The notes beneath the pieces are model-generated. The model did no database searches, was not told where the DNA came from, and was given only the letters and a program-made list of their open reading frames with translations. The position numbers and the translations under genes were made by a program. Shown here in pieces: positions 1 to 16,647 of a stretch of 32,000 nucleotides of DNA. Source of the DNA: Buchnera aphidicola str. APS (Acyrthosiphon pisum) (GTDB lineage: Bacteria > Pseudomonadota > Gammaproteobacteria > Enterobacterales > Enterobacteriaceae); the NCBI RefSeq assembly GCF_000009605.1, contig NC_002528.1, positions 1 through 32,000 on the forward strand, written 5' to 3'. The number at the start of each line of letters is the position of its first letter. Positions within the stretch are counted from its first letter, which is position 1.

Positions 1-110
1 TTATCCACAGATTTGTTCTTTACTAATAATAATAGTAATTATTATTTTTTATTTTTTTTATTTTTTTGAATTTAAACCTTAAAGAAAAGAAAAAGATCTT
101 TTTTTTAAGA
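1..110. other. Left-edge part of oriC: one perfect DnaA box (TTATCCACA, 1-9) followed by an AT-rich unwinding region and GATC-containing 13-mer-like elements next to mnmG
   Basis: TTATCCACAG at 1-10. AT-rich tract about 20-80. AAAAAGATCTTTTT palindrome at 90-103. GATCTTTTTTTTA at 95-107 matches E. coli 13-mer consensus GATCTNTTNTTTT at 12/13. Same order as E. coli R1 box / 13-mers / mnmG. Confidence 0.8.
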
Positions 111-196
111 TATTATGTTTTTAAGATTAACATGTGTTATCTTGAATAAAATATTAATACTATTTGAATATTTTTAAATTTTTAAAAGGTTTTTAT

Positions 197-2083
197 ATGT
201 TTAATTTAAGAAATTTTGATGTAATCGTTGTTGGAGCAGGACATGCTGGTACTGAAGCAGCTATGGCTTCATCAAGAATGGGTTGTAAAACATTATTGCT
301 CACTCAAAAAATTTCAGATTTAGGTGCTTTATCATGTAATCCAGCTATTGGAGGGATAGGAAAAAGTCATTTAGTAAAAGAAATAGATGCATTAGGTGGT
401 ATGATGGCTAAAGCTATTGATTACTCTGGTATTCAGTTTAGAATTCTGAATTCTAGCAAAGGTCCTGCTGTAAGATCTACTAGAGCTCAAGCCGATAAAA
501 TCCTGTATCATGAGACAGTAAAAAAAATATTAAAAAAGCAAAATAATTTGTTAATTTTAGAAGCAGAAGTTAAGGATTTAATTTTTAAAAATTACTCTGT
601 TGTTGGTGTGTTAACACAAAATGAAATTAATTTCTACTCTCGTTCAGTTGTGTTAGCAGCAGGCACTTTTTTAGGAGGTAAAATACATATAGGGTTAAAA
701 AGTTATTCTGCTGGTAGAATAGGAGATAAGTCTGCTATAGATTTATCTGTTCGTTTAAGAGAATTGTCTTTGCGAGTTAATAGATTAAAAACAGGAACGC
801 CGCCTCGAATTGATATCAACACTGTTAATTTTAACAATTTATTAATTCAAAATAGCGATACTCCTGTTCCAGTTTTTTCATTTATGGGAAACGTTTCACA
901 TCATCCTAAACAGATACCATGTTACCTCACACATACTAATGAAAAAACACATGAAATAATACGTAAAAATTTAGATAAAAGTCCAATATATACGGGTTTT
1001 TTAAAAGGTTTAGGACCTCGATACTGTCCTTCTATTGAAGATAAAATTGTACGTTTTCCAGATAGAAAATCACATCAAGTATTTTTAGAACCTGAAGGAT
1101 TATCTAGTATTAAAGTATATCCTAATGGTATTTCGACCAGTCTTCCAATAGAAGTTCAAGAACAAATAGTAGCGTCTATAAAAGGTTTAGAAAAATCCAA
1201 AATTATCAGACCTGGATATGCCATTGAATATGATTTTTTTGATCCAAAAGACTTAAATTTAACTTTAGAAAGCAAATTAATTAAAGGGTTATTTTTTGCC
1301 GGGCAAATTAACGGAACTACTGGTTATGAAGAAGCGGCTTCACAAGGATTGTTGGCAGGATTAAATGCAGCATTAAGTTCAAAGAATACTGAAGGATGGT
1401 TTCCTAGACGTGATCAAGCATATTTGGGTGTTTTAATAGATGATTTAACTACTCAAGGCACAGAGGAACCATACCGCATGTTTACTTCACGTGCCGAATA
1501 TCGACTTTCTTTAAGAGAAGATAATGCAGATTTACGTTTAACTGAAATTGGTCGTAAACTTGGTTTAGTAAATGATTCAAGATGGATTCGTTATAATCAA
1601 AAAGTATTGAATATTCAAACAGAAATGAATCGTTTAAAAAAAAATAAAATAAGTCCTATATCACCAGATGCTGATATTTTAAAAAAATTATATAATATTA
1701 ATTTAATTAAAGAAATAAGTATGTCTGAATTATTAAAACGACCGCAAATTAGATATCAAGACTTACAATCTCTAGAATCTTTTAGAACAGGAATTGTTGA
1801 TTTGGAAGCGATAGGACAGATAGAAAATGAGATTAAATATGCAGGTTATATTAAACGACAATCAGAAGAGATCGAGCGACATTTAAAAAATGAAAATACT
1901 TTCTTATCATCTATTTATGATTATAACAAAATAAGAGGTTTATCTTCTGAGGTTGTTAAAAAATTAAATGATTACAAACCCATTTCTATTGGTCAAGCAT
2001 CACGTATTTCTGGAATTACACCAGCTGCTATATCAATTTTATTAATTCATCTAAAAAAAGAATCTTATAAACATACTTTGTAG
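197..2083 (+). CDS. mnmG: tRNA uridine-5-carboxymethylaminomethyl modification enzyme MnmG (GidA)
   Basis: ORF 164..2083. Start set at ATG 197 to give [41 protein letters not shown] and [11 protein letters not shown] motifs. Confidence 0.97.
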   Translation: MFNLRNFDVIVVGAGHAGTEAAMASSRMGCKTLLLTQKISDLGALSCNPAIGGIGKSHLVKEIDALGGMMAKAIDYSGIQFRILNSSKGPAVRSTRAQADKILYHETVKKILKKQNNLLILEAEVKDLIFKNYSVVGVLTQNEINFYSRSVVLAAGTFLGGKIHIGLKSYSAGRIGDKSAIDLSVRLRELSLRVNRLKTGTPPRIDINTVNFNNLLIQNSDTPVPVFSFMGNVSHHPKQIPCYLTHTNEKTHEIIRKNLDKSPIYTGFLKGLGPRYCPSIEDKIVRFPDRKSHQVFLEPEGLSSIKVYPNGISTSLPIEVQEQIVASIKGLEKSKIIRPGYAIEYDFFDPKDLNLTLESKLIKGLFFAGQINGTTGYEEAASQGLLAGLNAALSSKNTEGWFPRRDQAYLGVLIDDLTTQGTEEPYRMFTSRAEYRLSLREDNADLRLTEIGRKLGLVNDSRWIRYNQKVLNIQTEMNRLKKNKISPISPDADILKKLYNINLIKEISMSELLKRPQIRYQDLQSLESFRTGIVDLEAIGQIENEIKYAGYIKRQSEEIERHLKNENTFLSSIYDYNKIRGLSSEVVKKLNDYKPISIGQASRISGITPAAISILLIHLKKESYKHTL

Positions 2084-2088
2084 ATTAC

Positions 2089-2122
2089 AAAATGATTAAT
2101 TTTTTAGTTTTCAAATCATTTT
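2089..2122 (+). terminator. Possible intrinsic terminator / stem-loop after mnmG
   Basis: AAAATGATT (2089-2097) pairs perfectly with AATCATTTT (2114-2122), 16 nt loop, AT-rich 3' flank. Confidence 0.4.
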
Positions 2123-2213
2123 TTATAATTTTTAAAAATTAAAATTTGATTTTAATGTATTTAAAATACATAATAATTGTTTAAATTTGATTTTATTGCT
2201 AAATGGTAACTGT

Positions 2214-2243
2214 TTGCTGAATGTATTTTTTTTGTTGTATAAT
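2214..2243 (+). promoter_or_regulatory. Putative sigma-70 promoter for the atp operon (TTGCTG -18 nt- TATAAT)
   Basis: Perfect TATAAT at 2238-2243 upstream of atpB. The -35 match is weak (3/6). Confidence 0.35.
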
Positions 2244-2268
2244 CTTTTTTAAAATTATAAAAATATGA

Positions 2269-3102
<834 letters not shown>

Positions 3103-3123
3103 AATCTATTGTGATTTTTTTAA

Positions 3124-3378
<255 letters not shown>

Positions 3379-3496
3379 TTTTTTTACTATAATTTTTTAT
3401 AAAAAACATATTATTTTAGATTATTACATAAAATCTTTACGTTTTTTTAGATAACGTAAAGATTAATTTTCATATTGATATAAAAGGTGGATTCTC

Positions 3497-3982
3497 GTGA
3501 ATCTTAATGCGACAATTCTTGGACAAGCTATTTCATTTGTTTTATTTGTCTGGTTTTGTATGAAATATATTTGGCCTCCTATTATTTTAGCTATTGAAAC
3601 TAGACAGAAAGAGATTAAAGAATCATTAACTAATGCAAAAAAAGCTCGGGATGAATTATATATTCTCGAAAAAAAAATACATCAAAATATTATTGATGCC
3701 AAACAAAAAGCATCGAATATTTTAAATTCAGCAAATAAACAAAAAGTGTCAATTTTAGAAGATGCAAGAAATCAGGCGTTAGAAGAAAGTAAAAAAATTA
3801 TCCTGAATACTCAATCAGAAATTAATATTGCTATTACACATGCACGTAAAAATTTACATAAAGAAGTAGTAGATTTATCTATTTCTATGGCAGAAAAAAT
3901 TATCAAAAAAAATATTTCTAAAGATGATAATCAAGAGTTGTTAGATGAATTAGTTACTTCTTTATCACAGGTGAAAAATTAA
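3497..3982 (+). CDS. atpF: F0F1 ATP synthase subunit b (GTG start)
   Basis: 161 aa, MNLNATILGQAISFVLFVWFCMKYIWPP. GTG at 3497 preceded by AAAGGTGG. Confidence 0.96.
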   Translation: MNLNATILGQAISFVLFVWFCMKYIWPPIILAIETRQKEIKESLTNAKKARDELYILEKKIHQNIIDAKQKASNILNSANKQKVSILEDARNQALEESKKIILNTQSEINIAITHARKNLHKEVVDLSISMAEKIIKKNISKDDNQELLDELVTSLSQVKN

Positions 3983-4515
3983 TGTCAGTAGCAGATACTA
4001 TTGCTAGACCTTATGCTCAAGCAATTTTTGAAATTGCCATTGAGAATAATACAATTGAAAAATGGAAAAATATATTAATTTTTATTAAAACTATTGCTTC
4101 GCATAAAAAATTTAAAAATTTTTTGTCAGGTTCTATTTCACCTAAATATTTATCGTTAATATTTATCACAATTGGCACTAATATAATTGATGAAAACGCA
4201 AAAAATTTAATAAAATTATTATCTGAAAATCAACGTTTTAATATATTAAATAATATATTCGAACGATTTGTAAAATTAGAAGCATGTTATAAAAACATCA
4301 TAATAGTTCAATTGAAATCAGCATTTTCTTTAAAAGAAAATCTCATTAACAAAATACGAAAAGTATTAGAACGGTTCTTCTTAAAAAAAACTAAAATTAT
4401 ATATAAAGTAGATCCTAATATACTTAATGGTATGATTGTAAAGGTGAATAATACTATTTTTGATTTATCTGCTCAAAATCATCTTAAACAATTATCTGAT
4501 TCTTTAAATTTTTAA
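3982..4515 (+). CDS. atpH: F0F1 ATP synthase subunit delta
   Basis: 177 aa, MSVADTIARPYAQAIFEIA. Start overlaps the atpF stop (TAATG). Confidence 0.96.
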   Translation: MSVADTIARPYAQAIFEIAIENNTIEKWKNILIFIKTIASHKKFKNFLSGSISPKYLSLIFITIGTNIIDENAKNLIKLLSENQRFNILNNIFERFVKLEACYKNIIIVQLKSAFSLKENLINKIRKVLERFFLKKTKIIYKVDPNILNGMIVKVNNTIFDLSAQNHLKQLSDSLNF

Positions 4516-4529
4516 GAGAATAAAAATAT

Positions 4530-6068
4530 ATGAGATTAAATTCTACAGAAATCAGTAAATTAATTAAAGAAAGAATAGCGCAATTTGAAGTTTTTAATCA
4601 ATCATACAATGAAGGCTCTATTATTTCTGTAAGTGATGGTATTATAAAAATCAATGGTCTTTCTAACGTAATGTTAGGTGAAATGATTTTATTGCCTAAT
4701 AACGAGTATGCAATTGCTTTAAATATAGAAAGGGATACAGTTGGTGCTGTAGTTATGGGTCCCTATATTCATATTTCTGAAGGAGCTAAAGTACGGTGTA
4801 CAGGGAAAATACTGGAAGTGCCAGTAGGTGATAATTTTTTAGGTCGAGTAGTAAATGCATTAGGTTTTCCTATTGATGGAAAGGATTCCATACAAAATGA
4901 TGGTTTTTTTCCAGTAGAAGCTGATGCTCCTGGAGTAATTGACCGAAAATCAGTCAACCAGCCTATACAAACAGGTTATAAAGTTATCGATTCAATGATT
5001 CCTATCGGACGAGGTCAACGTGAATTAATTATTGGTGATAGACAAACAGGAAAAACTGCACTAGCAATAGATACAATTATTAATCAGAAACAATCTGGTA
5101 TTAAATGTATTTATGTCGCTATTGGACAGAAACTTTCCACAATTATTAATGTTGTTAAAAAATTAGAAGAAAACAACGCTTTATTTAATACAATCATAGT
5201 AGTAGCTTCTGCTTCAGAAGCCGCATCCTTACAATATTTAGCACCATATTCTGGTTGTGCTATGGCAGAATTTTTTCGAAATAAAGGAGAAGATTCTTTA
5301 ATTATTTATGATGATCTTTCAAAACATGCAGTAGCTTATCGTCAAATTTCTTTATTATTGCGCAGACCACCAGGAAGAGAAGCATTTCCTGGAGATATAT
5401 TTTATCTACATTCTCGTTTATTAGAAAGAGCCTCTCGAGTCTCTATGGAGTATGTACAGAAAATAACCAAAAATAAAATTACTGGAAAAACAGGATCCAT
5501 TACAGCTTTGCCTATTATTGAAACACAATCTGGAGATGTTTCTGCTTTTGTTCCTACTAATGTTATTTCTATTACCGATGGTCAAATTTTTTTAGAATCA
5601 AATTTATTTAATTCGGGCATTCGACCTGCTGTAAATCCCGGTATATCTGTTTCTCGTGTAGGAAGTGCCGCACAAACTACGATTATTAAAAAACTCTCGT
5701 CTGGGATTCGTACGGCATTAGCACAGTATCAAGAACTTGCTGCATTTTCACAATTTTCATCTGATTTGGATGATACCACTAGAAAGCAATTAAATCATGG
5801 TCAAAAAATTACAGAATTATTAAAACAAAAACAATATTCACCTATTTCTATAGCCGAACAGGCTCTTATACTTTTTGTTGCAGAAAATAATTTTCTTGAT
5901 GATATTTCTATAGATAAAATCACTAAATTTGAAAAAGAAATATTAATTTATGCTCATAATTATTATTTTGATTTAATGGAAGAAATTAATAAAACAGGCG
6001 ATTTTAATATTGTTATAAAAGATAAATTTATTAAATTAATTACCGAGTTTAAAAAAAATCAATTTTAA
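4530..6068 (+). CDS. atpA: F0F1 ATP synthase subunit alpha
   Basis: 512 aa. GDRQTGKTA Walker A motif, [17 protein letters not shown]. Confidence 0.98.
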   Translation: MRLNSTEISKLIKERIAQFEVFNQSYNEGSIISVSDGIIKINGLSNVMLGEMILLPNNEYAIALNIERDTVGAVVMGPYIHISEGAKVRCTGKILEVPVGDNFLGRVVNALGFPIDGKDSIQNDGFFPVEADAPGVIDRKSVNQPIQTGYKVIDSMIPIGRGQRELIIGDRQTGKTALAIDTIINQKQSGIKCIYVAIGQKLSTIINVVKKLEENNALFNTIIVVASASEAASLQYLAPYSGCAMAEFFRNKGEDSLIIYDDLSKHAVAYRQISLLLRRPPGREAFPGDIFYLHSRLLERASRVSMEYVQKITKNKITGKTGSITALPIIETQSGDVSAFVPTNVISITDGQIFLESNLFNSGIRPAVNPGISVSRVGSAAQTTIIKKLSSGIRTALAQYQELAAFSQFSSDLDDTTRKQLNHGQKITELLKQKQYSPISIAEQALILFVAENNFLDDISIDKITKFEKEILIYAHNYYFDLMEEINKTGDFNIVIKDKFIKLITEFKKNQF

Positions 6069-6100
6069 AAAAATAACTAATAAGTTAAAAAGAGAAAATA

Positions 6101-8394
<2,294 letters not shown>

Positions 8395-8420
8395 TTTTTT
8401 TGGATGTACAGGATATATTT

Positions 8421-8837
8421 ATGAATTTTTATTTAGATGTAGTTAGTTTAACAAAGACTATATTTTCTGGATTTGTAGAAAAAATTCGAGTTTCTGGAAG
8501 TGAAGGAGAACTCGGTATTTATCCAGGACATGCTCAGTTGTTAAGTATACTTAAACCGGGAATGGTATACATTTTTCATAAGAAAGATAAAAAAGAAGAA
8601 TGTATTTATATATCAGGAGGAATATTAGAAGTGCAACCTTCTGTTGTATCTATTTTAGCTGATGTTGCTATTCATGCTATTGATTTAGATCGAAGTCGTA
8701 TTTTAAAAACAAAAAAAAATGCGGAAGAATCTATTAAAAGTAACAATACAAAAATTAATAAAGATGCTATTTTATTGCAAATTTCTAAAGAAATTGCAAA
8801 ATTAAGAGTGCTTGAAGTAATGGATAAATTTAAATGA
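8421..8837 (+). CDS. atpC: F0F1 ATP synthase subunit epsilon
   Basis: ORF called from TTG 8400. ATG 8421 gives [41 protein letters not shown], matching family N-termini. Confidence 0.95.
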
Positions 8838-8850
8838 AAAATAATCTTTC

Positions 8851-8872
8851 GCGGCTGGTTTTTTCCTGCCGC
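8851..8872. terminator. GC-rich inverted repeat between convergent atpC and gyrB, putative terminator
   Basis: GCGGCTGG-TTTTTT-CCTGCCGC: 8 bp arms with one internal T:T mismatch, in otherwise AT-rich DNA. No clean U-tract on the + strand. Confidence 0.55.
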
Positions 8873-8910
8873 AAGTACTAAAAAATTTATTCTAAGAATA
8901 AAAAATATTT

Positions 8911-11406
<2,496 letters not shown>

Positions 11407-11448
11407 TTACATTATTTATTATATTCTATAATGCAGGTTCGAAAATAT

Positions 11449-12549
11449 TTAACGTTTTAATAACATTACAACATACAATATTGATGCATCATTTTCTGCT
11501 TCAATTTGTATTGAATTATTAGCATTATTTAAAAATAAAAAAATATTTTCGCTAGTAATAGAATTTAATATTTCTATTATGTAGTACACATTAATTGATA
11601 TTTTTACTGTATTTCCAGTATAATTTATATTAAATCTATCTTCTGCTATTTCTTCTTCTTGATTATCAGATAATACTTTAAATTGACCATTTCTGATATG
11701 AATTTCTACTCCACAAAATTTTTCATGGGATAAAATAGCAGCTCGTAACAATGATTGCTTTAATAGTTTTGAATTTAAAGTAATAAAATTGTTTTTATTT
11801 TCAAGCAAAACACTCTTATAATCAGGATATTGTCCTTCAATTAATTGTGTTGTAAATATAAGATCTTCTATATGTACTCTAATATTATTTTTTCCAACTA
11901 AAACTTTTATTGGTTGTTTTGGAATATTTAATAATCTATATAGTTCAATAACGCCTTTTCTTGGAATAACTATTGAAAAAGGAATTATATTTTCTTTTAA
12001 AAAAAATTTTGATATTCCTAGACGATATCCATCTGTGGCTACTGCATAAAGTGATCGATCTGTTTTTTCTAATAAAATACCATTAAGGTAGTATCGTACA
12101 TCTTGTTTAGCCATAGAAAATTGAATTTTTTCTATCATTTTTTTTAAAATATCTGAAGGTATAAAAAATTCTGAAATATGATGAAAGTCATGATGAACTG
12201 GAAAACTATCATAAGGTAAGGTGGTTAATATATAACGACTATTTCCAGAAATAATATGCATTTTATTATTGTTTAATTGCATCTCTATATTTGATGAATT
12301 TAATGAATTTCTGCAAATATCTAAAAGTTTTCGGCCTGAAATCGTTGCAGTTCCTGATATGTGTTCTGTTGATAGTTGAATCATAGCAACTAATTCTATT
12401 TCTAAATTCGTCCCTGTTAATGATAACATTCCGTTTTTTATATTTATTAATACATTATCTAAAATAGGAAGAGAAGTATTTTTTACAAGCAACCGACTTA
12501 TTTTTTGTAAATTTTTAATTAAAATATTATTATTGATAATAAATTTCAT
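11449..12549 (-). CDS. dnaN: DNA polymerase III beta sliding clamp
   Basis: 366 aa, [24 protein letters not shown]...[13 protein letters not shown]. Lies between dnaA and gyrB. Confidence 0.97.
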   Translation of the reverse strand: MKFIINNNILIKNLQKISRLLVKNTSLPILDNVLINIKNGMLSLTGTNLEIELVAMIQLSTEHISGTATISGRKLLDICRNSLNSSNIEMQLNNNKMHIISGNSRYILTTLPYDSFPVHHDFHHISEFFIPSDILKKMIEKIQFSMAKQDVRYYLNGILLEKTDRSLYAVATDGYRLGISKFFLKENIIPFSIVIPRKGVIELYRLLNIPKQPIKVLVGKNNIRVHIEDLIFTTQLIEGQYPDYKSVLLENKNNFITLNSKLLKQSLLRAAILSHEKFCGVEIHIRNGQFKVLSDNQEEEIAEDRFNINYTGNTVKISINVYYIIEILNSITSENIFLFLNNANNSIQIEAENDASILYVVMLLKR

Positions 12550-12553
12550 ATGA

Positions 12554-13918
12554 TCACTTTGATAGAGTTCTAATTAAATTTAAAAAATCTTTTTTAATAT
12601 CGTGATTTTCTTTTCGCAATTGTTCGATTTTACAACATGCATGCAGTACTGTTGTATGATCTCTGCCACTAAAAGCTTCTCCTATTTCAGGCAAACTATG
12701 ATTAGTTAATTTTTTCGCCATAGCCATTGCCATTTGTCTTGGACGAGCTATTGAACGTGAACGTTTTTTTGATAATAGATCAGAAACTTTAATTTTATAG
12801 TATTTTGCTACTGTTTTTTGGATATTATCAATAGTGATAATTTTTTCTTGTACAGCAAGTATATCTTGAAGTGCTTCACGAGCAAAATCTACAGTAATAG
12901 CACGATGGGTAAAACGAGAATTAAGAATAACTCGATTTAAAGCACCTTCTAATTCGCGTACATTAGATCGTAAATGTTTAGCAATAAAAAAAGCCACTTC
13001 ATTAGATAATATGACGTTATTTTGATCAGCTTTTTTTATAAGAATAGCAACTCTAGTTTCAATTTCTGGAGGATCGATAGCAATTGTGAGACCCCAGCTA
13101 AATCTTGATTTTAGACGATCTTCAACTCCGTTTATTTCTTTAGGATAACGGTCAGAAGTTAATATGATTTGTTGATTTCCTTCTATTAAAGTATTAAATG
13201 TATGAAAAAATTCTTCTTGTGAACGTTCTTTATGTGCAAAAAATTGAATATCATCGATTAATAGTGCATCAACAGAACGATAATACAATTTAAATTTTTC
13301 AATAGCATTATTTTTTAATGCTTTTACCATGTCTTGTACAAAACATTCAGAATTCATAAAAATGATTTTAATATCATACTTATATGATAAAATTTCATTT
13401 CCTATAGCATGAAGTAAGTGAGTTTTTCCTAATCCTGTTGCACCATATAAGAATAATGGATTATAAGAATTTCCAGGATTTCTTGCGGCTTGAAATGCTG
13501 CTGAACGTGCAAGCTGATTAGATTTTCCTTCTACAAAGTTTTGAAAATTATATCTTTTATTAATATTAGATCGATAAGACAAATTTTTGAATTTTGGAAT
13601 ATTGGACCAGATTAGCTTTTCATTTTTATTATTATTATTATTTTCAATGTTTTTTTTTAATTTGTTTTCTTTATAAATTTGATAAATTTCAAATTTTATT
13701 AATGGAGAATTAGTACCGCAATAATCTTGCAGTATTTTTTTTAAATGATTTAAGTATTTGTCTTTCACCCATTCCAAAACAAATTTATTTGGCGCATATA
13801 TTTCTAGAATGTTATTGTTTAGTTTGGCCTTCAGAGAGCGTATCCACATACTAAACTCTGTATTCGGTAGCTCATCCTGCAACCGGTCAAGACACTGTTT
13901 CCAAAGACAAAGTGACAC
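12554..13918 (-). CDS. dnaA: Chromosomal replication initiator DnaA (GTG start preferred)
   Basis: ORF extends to TTG at 13930. GTG at 13918-13916 gives [27 protein letters not shown], colinear with the E. coli N-terminus and preceded by [20 protein letters not shown] Walker A and [14 protein letters not shown]-binding signature. Confidence 0.97.
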   Translation of the reverse strand: MSLCLWKQCLDRLQDELPNTEFSMWIRSLKAKLNNNILEIYAPNKFVLEWVKDKYLNHLKKILQDYCGTNSPLIKFEIYQIYKENKLKKNIENNNNNKNEKLIWSNIPKFKNLSYRSNINKRYNFQNFVEGKSNQLARSAAFQAARNPGNSYNPLFLYGATGLGKTHLLHAIGNEILSYKYDIKIIFMNSECFVQDMVKALKNNAIEKFKLYYRSVDALLIDDIQFFAHKERSQEEFFHTFNTLIEGNQQIILTSDRYPKEINGVEDRLKSRFSWGLTIAIDPPEIETRVAILIKKADQNNVILSNEVAFFIAKHLRSNVRELEGALNRVILNSRFTHRAITVDFAREALQDILAVQEKIITIDNIQKTVAKYYKIKVSDLLSKKRSRSIARPRQMAMAMAKKLTNHSLPEIGEAFSGRDHTTVLHACCKIEQLRKENHDIKKDFLNLIRTLSK

Positions 13919-14368
13919 GGTAGACTCCAAGCGAACACAATCAATAAAAAAATAAACTTTGAAAAGTTATTGTTTTTCATACGTTTACTTTGATATATAT
14001 AATTTTATATAATTTTTTTTATATGAAATTATGTTTTTTATATTAAAAGTTATACAATCTAAGATTGGCGAGTATAACGAAAAGGATATAATATATTGTT
14101 AAGATATTTTTTATCTCAAGAAGTGATTTTTAAATGTACTGTCATTTTTATAAAAAAACATAATTATCATACCAGAATACAAAATTAAAAATATTTTTTT
14201 AGATCAGTTGATATCGAATGTATTTTAATTGATAAAAATTTTTATAATATTTTTTATAATCAATGATTTAAATAAAGTTAATTGACTATAGCATTTAGAA
14301 TAATTAATCTTATTAAACGTGAATTTTATAAATTATATTCAACAAAAAATAGTAAGGTAAATATTAAA

Positions 14369-14512
14369 ATGAAACGAACTTTTCAACCATCAATATTAAA
14401 ACGTAATCGTTCACATGGATTTAGAATTCGTATGGCAACAAAAAATGGTCGTTATATTTTATCACGAAGACGTGCTAAGTTAAGAACACGTTTAACTGTT
14501 TCTAGCAAATAG
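14369..14512 (+). CDS. rpmH: 50S ribosomal protein L34
   Basis: [47 protein letters not shown] from ATG 14369. The longer ORF from 14282 has an unsupported N-terminal extension. Confidence 0.97.
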   Translation: MKRTFQPSILKRNRSHGFRIRMATKNGRYILSRRRAKLRTRLTVSSK

Positions 14513-14524
14513 TAGGTTAATATT

Positions 14525-14872
14525 TTGTTGAATTATTTTTTTAAAAAACAATTACGATTATCTGACTCTACAAGTTTTCAAGATGTTTTCAATGGATCTG
14601 TAAAAAAAAAAAATACTTTAGAAATAAGTATTTTAGGACGTTTTAATTTATTAGGACATCCTAGATTAGGTCTTAGCATACCTCGAAAAAACATTAAGCA
14701 TGCTCATAATCGAAATTTGATTAAACGATTAGTGCGAGAGACTTTTCGTTTATTACAATACAAATTACTTTCAATGGACTTTGTAGTGATAGCAAAAAAA
14801 AATATTCTCTTTTTAAATAATACAAGAATAATAGATATGCTAAATAGTTTGTGGTCTAATTATTATAGATAA
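14525..14872 (+). CDS. rnpA: Ribonuclease P protein component (non-AUG start, exact start uncertain)
   Basis: 115 aa. ISILGRFNLLGHPRLGLSIPRKNIKHAHNRNLIKRLVRETFR matches the RnpA signature. Directly downstream of rpmH. Confidence 0.93.
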   Translation: MLNYFFKKQLRLSDSTSFQDVFNGSVKKKNTLEISILGRFNLLGHPRLGLSIPRKNIKHAHNRNLIKRLVRETFRLLQYKLLSMDFVVIAKKNILFLNNTRIIDMLNSLWSNYYR

Positions 14873-15010
14873 TAATATTTTTTATTCTATATATTATAAA
14901 TACATTATCTATTTTAAATATGATTAAAATAATTTTATGTCAATTGAAGTAGTACCCTTTAAATATAGTTATTTAACTGTGAATATTAGAGATAAAAGTG
15001 AATATTAATT

Positions 15011-16609
15011 ATGGAAGTACAACGTAATTTTTTTATTTTTGCTTTTTTATTTGTTTCTTTTCTACTTTGGCAGGCATGGCAAAGTCAAATGTTTTTAAAT
15101 AAAAAAACAAATGAAAAAATAGATCCAATTTTTCATTTTATTGATGTAAAAAAAAATAAAAAGAAAATTTTTATCAAAAATGATGTAATTAGTTTAGTTG
15201 TTAATATGTATGGTGGTGATGTAGAAGAGGCATCTTTACTCGCATACAAGGATACATTATATTCATCTAGACCTTTTAAATTACTTGAAACTGGATCGGA
15301 TTTTATTTATCAGGCACAAAGCGGATTAATTGGAAAAGATGGACCTGATAGTTCAATAAATGATAGTAGACCATTATATTCTGCTAATAAAAATTTTTTT
15401 GTATTAGGACCTAACGAAAAAGAATTGCGTGTTCCTATCAAATGGTTAAGTAAAAATGGTGTAATTTATAAAAAAACTTTTATTCTTAAACCAAATAGAT
15501 ATGATGTTCAAATAGAGTATGACGTCTATAATCCAAGCAAAGAAAGTTTGAATATGAATATATTTGGACAAATAAAACAAACAATCAATTTACCTAAAAA
15601 ACGTAATGTTTATAGTGGAAATTTTGCTCTTCAAACTTTTCGTGGTGCAGCTTATTCAAGTGATGATAATAAATATGAAAAATATAAATTTGATATGATC
15701 GCTAATAATAAAAACTTGCATATTATGACTGAAAGTGGATGGATAGCAATGCTACAACAATATTTTGCTGTTGCTTGGATTCCTGATAATTTAGGTAAAA
15801 ATACAATATATACATCTAGTTTAGATCATGACACAGCGGTAATTGGATATAAGTCTCCTATAATTAATATTCCACCTAATTCTAGATCGATTATAAAATC
15901 AAAGTTATGGATTGGTCCGAAAATACAGAAAGAAATGAAATTAGTTGCGCCAAATTTAGATTTAACAGTTGATTACGGTTGGCTTTGGTTTTTATCTCAA
16001 CCATTATTTAAATTACTAACTATTTTATATAGTATTATAGGAAATTGGGGTTTTTCTATTATTTTAATTACTTTTATTATGAGAGGGTTAACTTATCCTT
16101 TAACAAAAGCGCAGTATATTTCCATGGCAAAAATGCGTGCGTTACAACCTAAAATACAGGAAATAAAAGAAAAATTTTCAAAAGATAAACAACGTATTAG
16201 TCAGGAAATGATTTTGTTATATAAAAAAGAAAAAATAAACCCCTTAGGTGGATTTTTACCTATTTTTATTCAAATGCCAATTTTTCTATCTCTTTATTAT
16301 ATGCTTATAGGATCTGTTGAATTACGTCATGCTCCTTTTTTATTGTGGATTCATGATTTATCGAGTCAAGATCCTTACTATGTCCTGCCTGTGATAATGG
16401 GTTTAACAATGTTTTTTATTCAAAAGATATCTTCTACTAATCATATTTCTGATCCACTTCAAAAAAAGATTATGAATTTTATGCCGGTGATTTTTACTGC
16501 GTTTTTTTTATGGTTTCCTTCAGGATTAGTTTTGTACTATATAATTAGTAATTTAGTCACTATTATACAACAAAAGTTTATCTTATCTAACTTAGAAAAA
16601 AATAGATAA
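15011..16609 (+). CDS. yidC: Membrane protein insertase YidC/Oxa1
   Basis: 532 aa, MEVQRNFFIFAFLFVSFLLWQAW, C-terminal GGFLPIFIQMPIFLSLYYML and GLVLYYIISNLVTIIQQ. Confidence 0.97.
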   Translation: MEVQRNFFIFAFLFVSFLLWQAWQSQMFLNKKTNEKIDPIFHFIDVKKNKKKIFIKNDVISLVVNMYGGDVEEASLLAYKDTLYSSRPFKLLETGSDFIYQAQSGLIGKDGPDSSINDSRPLYSANKNFFVLGPNEKELRVPIKWLSKNGVIYKKTFILKPNRYDVQIEYDVYNPSKESLNMNIFGQIKQTINLPKKRNVYSGNFALQTFRGAAYSSDDNKYEKYKFDMIANNKNLHIMTESGWIAMLQQYFAVAWIPDNLGKNTIYTSSLDHDTAVIGYKSPIINIPPNSRSIIKSKLWIGPKIQKEMKLVAPNLDLTVDYGWLWFLSQPLFKLLTILYSIIGNWGFSIILITFIMRGLTYPLTKAQYISMAKMRALQPKIQEIKEKFSKDKQRISQEMILLYKKEKINPLGGFLPIFIQMPIFLSLYYMLIGSVELRHAPFLLWIHDLSSQDPYYVLPVIMGLTMFFIQKISSTNHISDPLQKKIMNFMPVIFTAFFLWFPSGLVLYYIISNLVTIIQQKFILSNLEKNR

Positions 16610-16647
16610 AATTGTTTGATTTTTGATATATATAAAGAAAATAATTT

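Noticed and set aside
4769-4957. Minus-strand ORF inside atpA
   Set aside because: Antisense to a conserved gene, short, no signature.
13758-13955. 65 aa plus-strand ORF antisense to the dnaA 5' end
   Set aside because: Mirror of dnaA coding sequence; no independent evidence.
14282-14368. 29-codon in-frame N-terminal extension of rpmH
   Set aside because: L34 universally begins MKRTFQPS, encoded from ATG 14369. The extension has no conservation that I can recognise.
14873-15010. Possible remnant of yidD between rnpA and yidC
   Set aside because: The region is the right place but I could not find any convincing YidD-like peptide in any frame.
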